Origin: an uncultured Thermoanaerobaculia bacterium
GTDB lineage: Bacteria > Acidobacteriota > Thermoanaerobaculia > Thermoanaerobaculales > Sulfomarinibacteraceae
Reading direction: 5' to 3'
DNA: 64,000 nucleotides
NCBI GenBank assembly: GCA_964440565.1
Contig: CAYTTB010000004.1
Location: forward strand, 33,260 to 97,259
Made by a program: the position numbers and the translations under genes. Each line of letters opens with the position of its first letter. Within the stretch, counting starts at the first letter, position 1. Shown one piece after another: positions 47,850 to 55,504 of the stretch. The notes under the pieces were generated by a model. That model was not told the DNA's origin, searched no databases, and saw nothing but the letters and a program-made list of their open reading frames with translations.

Positions 47850-48233
47850 ATGAACACCCTGGGAACGCACCTCATCGTCGACGCCTGGCAGGCCCCCCCT
47901 GACCTTCTCAACGACCCGGAGCACATCACGGCCGTTCTCAGACGGGCCGTGGCGGACGGTGGCGCGACCCTGATCGATCTCTGCGTCCACCAGTTCAGCC
48001 CCCACGGCGTGACCGCCACGGCGACCCTCGCCGAGTCGCACATCGCGATCCATACCTGGCCCGAGTACGGGTACTTCGCGGTGGATCTGTTCTTCTGCGG
48101 TGCCGGCGACGCGGACACGGCGCTCACGACGGTGCTCGAGGGAATGCGCGCCGGTCGCTCGCGCGCCACCCGCCTGGAGCGGGGGTTCCCCAAGGCCGTC
48201 CGGGTCGAGCAGCTCCTGCATGAGATCGCCTGA
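47850..48233 (+). CDS. speH: S-adenosylmethionine decarboxylase proenzyme (small bacterial SpeH/SpeD type)
   Basis: LGTHLIVDAW...TATATLAESHIAIHTWPEYGYFAVDLFFCG, with the ES self-cleavage site context. Start is ATG 47850 or GTG 47835. Confidence 0.85.
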   Translation: MNTLGTHLIVDAWQAPPDLLNDPEHITAVLRRAVADGGATLIDLCVHQFSPHGVTATATLAESHIAIHTWPEYGYFAVDLFFCGAGDADTALTTVLEGMRAGRSRATRLERGFPKAVRVEQLLHEIA

Positions 48234-49110
48234 GCCCGGGGACCTACCTGTCGGTGACGCGGACTGGTGGCTGGAGGCGCCGGACTCCAGCGGCGTCTGC
48301 CAGGCGCTGAAGGTGCGCCTCGTCCACCGGGAGCGCACGCCGTACCAGCGCCTCGCGGTCCTGGAGCATCGGCTGCTCGGCCGCATCCTCGTCCTGGACG
48401 ACGTGGTCCAGACCACGCAGGCGGACGAGTTCATCTACCACGAGATGCTCGTCCACGTGCCCCTGCTCGGCTCCACCGCGTGCACCAGGTCCGACGGCGC
48501 GGACGTGCTCATCGTGGGCGGTGGCGACGGCGGCACCCTCCGCGAGGTGCTCTCCCACGACTGGGTCCGCCGCGTGGTGATGGTGGAGATCGACGAGGCG
48601 GTGGTGCGCGCCTGCCGGGAGCACCTGCGCATCCACGGAGACTACGACGACCCCAGGGTGGAGCTGGTCATCGGCGACGGCGTGGCCTACGTCGCCTCGG
48701 ACGCAGCCCGCAGCCGCCCCTTCGACGTCATCCTGGTGGACTCCACCGACCCCGGGGGACCGTCGGAGCCGCTGTTCGGCGAGAGGTTCTGCCGCGACGC
48801 GCTGCGGTGCCTGAAGCCCGGCGGCGCGCTCGCGCGCCAGATGGGCGTCCCCTTCTACCAGCCGTTCCTCGCACCGGCGCTGGCGCAGATGCGCGAGGTC
48901 TTCGGCACGGTGGAGATCTACCGCGCCGCGGTTCCCACCTACATCGGCGGCGACATGGCGTTCCTGGTCAGCACCACGGACGGCTCCAGCTGCCGCCAGC
49001 CGCGCCGCGAGCACGTGGGCCGGTTCTACAACCCCGACGTCCACCGCGCCGCGTTCGCCGTTCCCACCTTCTGGACCCGCCCGGAGCTCGCCCCGCCCAC
49101 CGCGGAGTGA
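48220..49110 (+). CDS. speE: spermidine synthase (polyamine aminopropyltransferase)
   Basis: ATG 48220 inside ORF 48100..49110. TPYQRLAVLE, LVLDDVVQTTQADEFIYHEML, VLIVGGGDGGTLREV, VEIDEAVV, VILVDSTDPGGP. Confidence 0.9.
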   Translation: MRSPEPGDLPVGDADWWLEAPDSSGVCQALKVRLVHRERTPYQRLAVLEHRLLGRILVLDDVVQTTQADEFIYHEMLVHVPLLGSTACTRSDGADVLIVGGGDGGTLREVLSHDWVRRVVMVEIDEAVVRACREHLRIHGDYDDPRVELVIGDGVAYVASDAARSRPFDVILVDSTDPGGPSEPLFGERFCRDALRCLKPGGALARQMGVPFYQPFLAPALAQMREVFGTVEIYRAAVPTYIGGDMAFLVSTTDGSSCRQPRREHVGRFYNPDVHRAAFAVPTFWTRPELAPPTAE

Positions 49111-49113
49111 CCC

Positions 49114-50502
49114 TCACTCCCCTTCCAGGACCACCGTCAGACCCCGCCGGCGGGCGCGAACCGTCGGCGAGGCGAGGTCGAGCACCACGAACAGCTCCGG
49201 CGGCCGGAACTCCCGGTGCAGCCCGACCCGGACCCTGAGGAGCTGCCGCGTCCCCACCGGGATCTCCGGCCGGGGGAACTCCCTGTCGATCCCGCGGATC
49301 CTGAGGAGGAGCCGGGGCGGGTCGTCGAGCCGGAGCGATCGGACCCTGCCGGCCCCGAGCGCACCCGCCGGCTGCACGGTCACGACGGTCGTCCGTCCCT
49401 GCCGGCGCCAGCGGATGGCGGCGACGGCCCGCGCGGGCCGAGGGGTGGGGCGTGGCGGCGCGGTCACGGCGGCGGTGGCGCGATCGGCGCGAGGCGTGGA
49501 GGGCACGGGCACCGTGGGCGAGGCCACGGGCGCCGCTCCGGAACGCCGGAGGGCCGTCGCCGTGCCCGGAGATGGCGAACCGGCGGTGCGAACCCAGATG
49601 GATCCGCCGGTACCCACCTCCATCGCCACGGTGGGTATGGCCGCGGGGGCCGCAGGCGGCATCGTGGGCGCCGCGACCCGCGATCCCCGCTCCGAGGCCC
49701 GCTGCCACCACCCGGCGAACCCCGCGATGGCGAGGACCACGGCGAGCGCCAGGCCCACGAGCGGAAGCGGCGAACCGCGGGGGGCACGCGGCCCGCCACC
49801 CGACGCCTCGGGCGGGAGCGGCCGCCCGAGGTCGGCCAGCGGATCTCCCGGCAGCTCGACAGCGGGCTCCAGCGGCGGGAGCGCCTCCGGCCCCGGCAGG
49901 CGATCGAGGACCTCCCCGGGCTCCTCGCCCCCGGCGGCACCGCCGCTCCCCGTCCCCTCCGTCTCCTGCGGCGCGGCGAACACCCGCTCCCCCGGGCTCT
50001 CGGCCGCGGGCTCCGCCGCCCGAGGCTCCTCGAACGGCTCCCCCCACCCCACCGTCACGGGACGCTCCCGCAGGCGCTCGGCCACGACCCGCCGCACCAG
50101 CTCCCGCCCCTCCCGGTCCAGCTCGACGAACCGGATTCCCATGCCCGGAGGACGTCCCAGCGCGTCCCCCGGCTCCCGACGCCACACCACCTCGCCCAGG
50201 CCGTGAAGCAGCGGCGAGCCGTCCCTCAGCCGGAAGGCGAAGCGAACTCGCGTCCCCACCGGCGGCGGTGCCGGGGAGCGCAGGAACATCCCACCCAGGG
50301 AGATGTCGCCCGCGTGCTGCTCGAGGAACTTCCCGAAGCTCTCCACCAGCACCTCGAGCTCGCCCGGTGCCGGGACCCGCACCTCCCGTCTCCGGCCGTC
50401 GCCGCCACCCTCGGCCACTCGCACCTCCCCCTCGCCATGATCGCACGACGTCCGGGCGGCGTCATCCCCGGCCGGGGCCCGGATCCCTCCCACGATCGCC
50501 AT
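49114..50502 (-). CDS. PilZ-domain protein with Pro-rich linker, TM and C-terminal AMIN-like domain
   Basis: RRREVRVPAPGELEV...GDISLGGMFLRS (PilZ RxxxR / D.S.GG). C-terminus TTVVTVQPAG...LDDPPRLLLRIRG...ELFVVLDL resembles AMIN. Confidence 0.7.
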   Translation of the reverse strand: MAIVGGIRAPAGDDAARTSCDHGEGEVRVAEGGGDGRRREVRVPAPGELEVLVESFGKFLEQHAGDISLGGMFLRSPAPPPVGTRVRFAFRLRDGSPLLHGLGEVVWRREPGDALGRPPGMGIRFVELDREGRELVRRVVAERLRERPVTVGWGEPFEEPRAAEPAAESPGERVFAAPQETEGTGSGGAAGGEEPGEVLDRLPGPEALPPLEPAVELPGDPLADLGRPLPPEASGGGPRAPRGSPLPLVGLALAVVLAIAGFAGWWQRASERGSRVAAPTMPPAAPAAIPTVAMEVGTGGSIWVRTAGSPSPGTATALRRSGAAPVASPTVPVPSTPRADRATAAVTAPPRPTPRPARAVAAIRWRRQGRTTVVTVQPAGALGAGRVRSLRLDDPPRLLLRIRGIDREFPRPEIPVGTRQLLRVRVGLHREFRPPELFVVLDLASPTVRARRRGLTVVLEGE

Positions 50503-50704
50503 CGGTGTGGGTCATCGGAGCGGACGATGCGGTGGCACGCGCCCGGCGGAGCGCGCCCGCCGCGGGGCCTCGCCGGCCCACCCGTCGGCGCGTCCGCTCT
50601 CTCCTCGCTCGTCGCGACGCGCAGGTCTCCCTCCCACGGCGGCACGTCGCTCACGGAAACGAGCTCCCCGACGAGGCCGCCGGCGCCTCGCTCCGCGCCG
50701 GCTC

Positions 50705-50820
50705 GAGCGACCCGACGCCCGGGGGAGCGGGCCTGCACGCGCGGGGAGTGTCCCCATTTCGCGAGCGACCTGACGCCTGGGGGAGCGGGCCTGCACGGGA
50801 GGGGAGTGTCCCCATCTCGC
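50705..50820 (+). repeat. two tandem 58-nt units (50705-50762, 50763-50820), each ending GGGGAGTGTCCCCATYTCGC
   Basis: Aligned by hand. Five differences: C/T at three single positions plus CGC vs GGA, which differs at 2 of 3 bases. Each unit holds the GGGGA-GTG-TCCCC palindrome and a GCCCG-N6-CGGGC hairpin. Confidence 0.9.
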
Positions 50821-50888
50821 GCCGCCTCGGCCGCGGATGACGGACCCCGGCACCGCGAGGGGGCGCCGGGACGGCCGATAATCGTCCC

Positions 50889-53018
50889 ATGGACCGGGCA
50901 GGCGGGAGCGGTACCCGTGGCGACCTGCTCCGGCTCGGCTTCGCCGCCGCGGTGGCGCAGTCGGTGCTGGTGCGCGAGGGGATGAGCGCCTTCGCCGGCT
51001 CGGAGCTCGCCTGGGGGCTGGTGCTCGCCACCTGGCTCCTGGGGATGGCGCTCGGCGCCCGCGCCGGGGCGGCCGCTCGCGGAGGGCGGAACGCGGCGGC
51101 GGCGCCGGCCGCGGTGATCCTCCTCGCCGCGGCGGGCACGGTCCTGCTCCGGGCGGTGCCCGCCCTCGCCGCGGGTGTCGCCGGCGAGACCGCTCCGGGG
51201 TGGCGGGTGGCGTGGGCGTGGGTGGTGGCGGTGCTCCCCGCCGCCGCGGCCGGCGGGTGGGCGTTCCCGCACCTCGCCGGGCGGCTCGCCTCGGGCCCCG
51301 GCGGGGCGTACGCGCTCGACGCCGCCGGCGGGCTCGCCGGGGGCCTCGCCTTCACCTTCCTCCTCGCTCCGCACGGCTCCGCGGCGGCCCTCGCCGCGGC
51401 CCTGGGGCTCGTCCTGTCCAGCCGCTGGCTCGGCCGCCCTCTGCTGGCCCTGGCCATCCTCGCCCTCGCGCTGGCCGCCGCACGCCCGGCGGGCGAGGTG
51501 CTGGCGGCCGCCACCTGGAGGTGGTCCCGCCATCCCGGAGCGCTCGCCGCCTGGGCGGAGACCCGCCACCAGCGGCTCGAGCTGGCGGCATCGGAGCCGC
51601 GCGCGGTGTACGCCGACGGCCGCCTTCTGGCCACGGCGCCGGATCCGTGGCTCGCGGCCGTCCGGGGCCATCTGCTGGCCCTCCTCCATCCGGACCCGCG
51701 GCGGGTGCTGGCAGCGGGCGGACTGGTCCGCGGGGTCGTCCCCGCCCTGCTCCGACACCCGCTGGAGCGGCTCGACCTGGTGGAGGAGGATCCCCGCCTG
51801 GTGGAGCTGCTGCCCCGCTGGCTGGACGGGGGCCTCGCGACCACGGTGCGCGACCCGCGCGTGCGCCTCCACCGGGAGCCCGTCGCGCTCCTCTCCGGCC
51901 GCGGGCGCTGGGACCTCATCCTCCTGCTGGGCCCGGACCCGGCGTCGCTCAGGGCCAACCGCACGCGCACGGAGGAGCTCCTCCGCCGATGCCGGGAGCA
52001 CCTCGCTCCCGGCGGGCGGGTGGTGGTCCGGGTCGGGGCCCCCGACACGTACCTGGGCGGCCCGGGGGGGCGTCTCCTGGCGACCCTGTACGCCACCGTG
52101 CGGGCGGTGTTCCCCCACGTGACCGCCCTCCCCGGCGAGGCCGTGCTCCTGGTGGCGGGCGCGGAGCCCGTCGCGGACGCGGCCGACCCCGCGGCGCTCG
52201 CCGCCCGCTGGCGCGCGCGCGGCATGGCGGACCCGGTGTTCGCGCCCGAGCTGCTCCCCACGCTGGTCGAGCCCTCCCGCCAGCGCGCGCTCCAGCGCTG
52301 GCTCGAGGCGCACCCCGGTCCGCCCAACCGTGCCGCCCACCCCACCGCCCTGCTGCCCGCGTCGGCTCGGGCCGAGGGCCGGGGGGCCACCAGGGTCGCC
52401 GCCGCGCTCTCCCGCCTGGAGCGGGTGCGTCCCGCCACGCTGGCCCTGGTCCTCGCCGCCGCGGCCGCCGGCGTGGCGGCCCTGGCGCTGGCCCGCCGTG
52501 CCGCCGCCGGTGCCGCAGCGATGCTCGGGGTGGGGTTCGCGGGGATGGTGTGGTACCTCGCCGGTCTCGCCGCCTGGCAGTCGCTGCGAGGCGCGGTGTA
52601 CGCCGAGATCGGGGCGCTCTCGGCGGCGTTCATGGCCGGCACCGTGGCCGGCGCCGCGCTCTCCCACCGCTGGCGGGCGCCCGAGCGGCGCCTCCCCTGG
52701 GCGCTGGCTGCCGGCGTCGCCGTCTCCGCGGCCCTCGCGGCGGGCGTCCCCTTCGCCACCCCCTGGGCCGTCCCGCCGCTGCTCGTCGCCGCGGGGATCG
52801 TGCCGGGTGTCGCCTTCGCCGGCGCGGCGCGGCTCGTGGACCCGGAAAGGGCCCGGCGCGCCGCGGCCGGGGGGTTCGCCGCCGACGAGGCGGGCGCCGC
52901 CGTGGGCGCCCTGGTCACCGTCCCCCTCATCGCCCTCGTCGGCGTGCCCGCCGTCGCCGCGGCCGCGGCGACGCTGCTGCTGGCCGCTCTGCCCGGCACC
53001 TCCCGCCACGGCCGGTGA
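50889..53018 (+). CDS. polytopic membrane protein fused to a spermidine-synthase-like (class I MTase fold) domain
   Basis: 709 aa. About 7 N-terminal and about 5 C-terminal hydrophobic segments flank RVLAAGGLVRGVVPALL...LDLVEEDPRLVELL...WDLILLLGPDP...LAPGGRVVV. Confidence 0.7.
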   Translation: MDRAGGSGTRGDLLRLGFAAAVAQSVLVREGMSAFAGSELAWGLVLATWLLGMALGARAGAAARGGRNAAAAPAAVILLAAAGTVLLRAVPALAAGVAGETAPGWRVAWAWVVAVLPAAAAGGWAFPHLAGRLASGPGGAYALDAAGGLAGGLAFTFLLAPHGSAAALAAALGLVLSSRWLGRPLLALAILALALAAARPAGEVLAAATWRWSRHPGALAAWAETRHQRLELAASEPRAVYADGRLLATAPDPWLAAVRGHLLALLHPDPRRVLAAGGLVRGVVPALLRHPLERLDLVEEDPRLVELLPRWLDGGLATTVRDPRVRLHREPVALLSGRGRWDLILLLGPDPASLRANRTRTEELLRRCREHLAPGGRVVVRVGAPDTYLGGPGGRLLATLYATVRAVFPHVTALPGEAVLLVAGAEPVADAADPAALAARWRARGMADPVFAPELLPTLVEPSRQRALQRWLEAHPGPPNRAAHPTALLPASARAEGRGATRVAAALSRLERVRPATLALVLAAAAAGVAALALARRAAAGAAAMLGVGFAGMVWYLAGLAAWQSLRGAVYAEIGALSAAFMAGTVAGAALSHRWRAPERRLPWALAAGVAVSAALAAGVPFATPWAVPPLLVAAGIVPGVAFAGAARLVDPERARRAAAGGFAADEAGAAVGALVTVPLIALVGVPAVAAAAATLLLAALPGTSRHGR

Positions 53019-53101
53019 GCCGGACGGCAGCCCGCTCCCACCCCGGACCGCCACGCGACCCACCGCCGGGGACCGCTGTCCCCACCGCAGCCCGCGCATG
53101 T

Positions 53102-53183
53102 GAGAACACTGTCCCCACCTCGCTCTCCCCACCCCGGGGGAGAACACTGTCCCCACCTCGGGGGAGAACACTGTCCCCACCTC
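53102..53183 (+). repeat. three tandem copies of GAGAACACTGTCCCCACCTC (53102, 53140, 53164) plus a degenerate copy at 53076-53086
   Basis: Counted base by base. Offsets are 38 and 24 nt. Lies in a convergent intergenic region. Confidence 0.9.
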
Positions 53184-53426
53184 CCGCGGCGTCCCGCCAC
53201 CGGCGGCATCGCCTCCGCACCGCCGCGCGCGACGGCGAGGTCCGCCGGCCGTCCCGGTTCCGGAGGGTGGCCGTCCGCGGGCCGGGATCCGACGCGCCGA
53301 CCGGGATGCCGCACCCCGGGATGGGGCCGGGCGCGGCCCCCCGCGAGGCGTGCCCCATCCGCGAGGCGCCGCCGGGCTCGAGCGAGCCGCTCGCCCGGAC
53401 GGCGCGCCCGCGGCGCGGAGGCGGTC

Positions 53427-54563
53427 TCACTCCCACACGCCGGGGATCTCCCGGCCGCAGTCGGGGCAGCGGCCCCGCTCGAGCCGGTTGGCGAGGATCG
53501 CGTACCCCATCCGGCGCACCAGCAGCGCGCCGCAGCCCGGGCACCGGGTGCTCTCGCCCGGGTGCCCCGGCACGTTGCCCACGTAGACGAAGTGCAGCCC
53601 CTCGGCCTGGCCGATCCTCCACGCCCGCTCGAGGGTCGCCACGGGGGTCGGGGGGAGGTCGGTGAGCCGGTAGGTGGGATGGAACCGGGTGAAGTGCACC
53701 GGGACCTCCGGCCCGAGGTTGGCCCGCACCCACCGGCACAGGTCGCGGATCTCCTGCTCGCCGTCGTTGAGCGTGGGGATCAACAGGACCACGATCTCGA
53801 GCCAGACACCCGCGGCGCGAACCCGCTCCAGCGTCTCGAGCACCGGCTTGAGGTGCCCCCGCACCACCTCGCGGTAGAACCGCTCGCGGAACGCCTTGAG
53901 GTCCACCTTGTACGCGTCCAGCAGCGGCAGCACGTCACGGAGCGGCCGCTCCTGGATGTACCCGTTGCTCACCACCACCGAGCGCACCCGCCGCTTCCGC
54001 GCCGCACGCGAGACGTCCCGCACGTACTCCCAGAAGATCGAGGGCTCCGAGTACGTCGCCGCCACCACCGGGATCCCCCGATCCGCGGCGAGCGCCGCCA
54101 TCGCCTCCGGGGGCAGCCAGTAGGCCGGCACCTGCTCCGGGCGGAACTGGGAGATCTCCCAGTTCTGGCAGAACTTGCACTCGACGTTGCAGCCGGCGGT
54201 GGCGTACGAGAGCGCCTGGGCTCCCGGCAGCACGTGGAAGAACGGCTTCTTCTCGATGGGATCCACGTGCAGCGCGCACACCACCCCGTGCACCAGCGTG
54301 TGGTAGGTGCCGCCGCGGTTCTCGCGCGCCCCGCAGCTGCCCCGCTCGCGGTCGGCCACGGTGCAACCGCGCGGGCACAGCCCGCACTCCACCCGCTTCC
54401 CCTCGAGCCTGCGGTACCACGACGCCTCGCGGGCCGGCAGCTCCTCGACGGGAATCTCGCGCCCCACCTCGAGGCGGGCCTCGGCGCGCCGGGCCCAGCA
54501 CGCGGCCATCGCCGCCGCGCCGCCCAGCGCCAGCACCTCGCGCCGGCCGAGCTTCCGGCTCAC
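53427..54563 (-). CDS. amrS: AmmeMemoRadiSam system radical SAM enzyme (AmrS) with twin-arginine-like N-terminal extension
   Basis: GTG 54563 (GTGA overlap). N-terminus VSRKLGRREVLALGGAAAMAA. VECGLCPRGC...GSCGAR, radical SAM CNVECKFCQNWEIS, C-terminal ribbon RCPGCG...RCPDCG. Confidence 0.85.
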   Translation of the reverse strand: MSRKLGRREVLALGGAAAMAACWARRAEARLEVGREIPVEELPAREASWYRRLEGKRVECGLCPRGCTVADRERGSCGARENRGGTYHTLVHGVVCALHVDPIEKKPFFHVLPGAQALSYATAGCNVECKFCQNWEISQFRPEQVPAYWLPPEAMAALAADRGIPVVAATYSEPSIFWEYVRDVSRAARKRRVRSVVVSNGYIQERPLRDVLPLLDAYKVDLKAFRERFYREVVRGHLKPVLETLERVRAAGVWLEIVVLLIPTLNDGEQEIRDLCRWVRANLGPEVPVHFTRFHPTYRLTDLPPTPVATLERAWRIGQAEGLHFVYVGNVPGHPGESTRCPGCGALLVRRMGYAILANRLERGRCPDCGREIPGVWE

Positions 54564-55504
54564 GCCCGTACCTCCCGGATCCGCGCCGGATCTCCCTCGC
54601 CCAGCCCGTACCGGGACGCGGTGGCGAGCCACCGCGGCGGCCGCTTCGCCTCGGCGAGCGTGGGAAGGCCCCGCCGCCTCCGCTCCGCCTCGATCACCCG
54701 CCACGCCCACGCGTCGGCCGCCACCGGGTCCAGCGACGCCGCCACCAGCCCGAGCCGCCAGGTCGCGCCGGGGCGGTACGCCGGGCCGCCGTCGCACTGC
54801 GCCGTTCCGCCGTCGAGGATCGTGAGCCGGAGCTTGTCCCGGATCACCGGGTGGCGCACCACGTCGGCCACGTACGGATCGCAGTTGTCGTCGTGGTACT
54901 TGTTCGGGTTGTGGATCACGCCGTACCAGTTCTTGAGCCCCGCCGACACCCCGGCGAGGTCGTGGTCCTTGACCACGCCGAAGGAGATCAGCACCGTGGC
55001 CACCTCGGTCACCACCCGGGCGTACAGCGAGCCGATGGCGCCCGAGGTGCGGATGCGCCGGTCGTAGTCGCCGTCGATCCCCACGCACCGGAACGGGCCA
55101 CCCCCGCGCCCCACCGGGTATCGCGCGCGCCGCAGCTCCCGGCTCGACCGCTCGAACACCACGATGCGCGCGGGTGGCACGCCGGCCTCCGCGAGGAGCT
55201 CCGCCAGCGCCGCCACCAGCTGCACGCGCGGCGACAGCCGTGGCCCGGCCAGGCAGTTGACCTTGATCCCCACCACGTCCTCCGGGCCCGCCAGGCGCCG
55301 GAGCGCCGCGACGGCGTCGCGTGCCCCGGCCGCCGCCGCGATCGCCCCCGCCACGGCCCGCCGCGCCGCCGCCGCGTCGAGGCGGAGCCCCGCCGGCACC
55401 CGTGCCACGCCCACCCGCCCCCGTGCGCCGGGTCGGGCCGCCCCCAGCGCCGCCCCCGCGCCGAGCAGCGCCACGAGCTCCCGCCGCGAGAGCTTCCCGC
55501 TCAC
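54560..55504 (-). CDS. DUF362-domain protein with twin-arginine signal
   Basis: GTG 55504 (GTGA overlap). VSGKLSRRELVALLGAGAALGAA. VGIKVNCLAG...VVKDHDLAGVSAGLKNWYG...DPVAADAWAWRVIE. Confidence 0.8.
   Translation of the reverse strand: MSGKLSRRELVALLGAGAALGAARPGARGRVGVARVPAGLRLDAAAARRAVAGAIAAAAGARDAVAALRRLAGPEDVVGIKVNCLAGPRLSPRVQLVAALAELLAEAGVPPARIVVFERSSRELRRARYPVGRGGGPFRCVGIDGDYDRRIRTSGAIGSLYARVVTEVATVLISFGVVKDHDLAGVSAGLKNWYGVIHNPNKYHDDNCDPYVADVVRHPVIRDKLRLTILDGGTAQCDGGPAYRPGATWRLGLVAASLDPVAADAWAWRVIEAERRRRGLPTLAEAKRPPRWLATASRYGLGEGDPARIREVRA

Noticed and set aside
50226-53314. Two very long minus-strand ORFs (984 and 887 aa) opposite the membrane spermidine-synthase-like gene
   Set aside because: Arg/Gly/Pro/Ala-rich with no motifs. 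They overlap each other, the better-supported plus-strand gene and the intergenic repeats.
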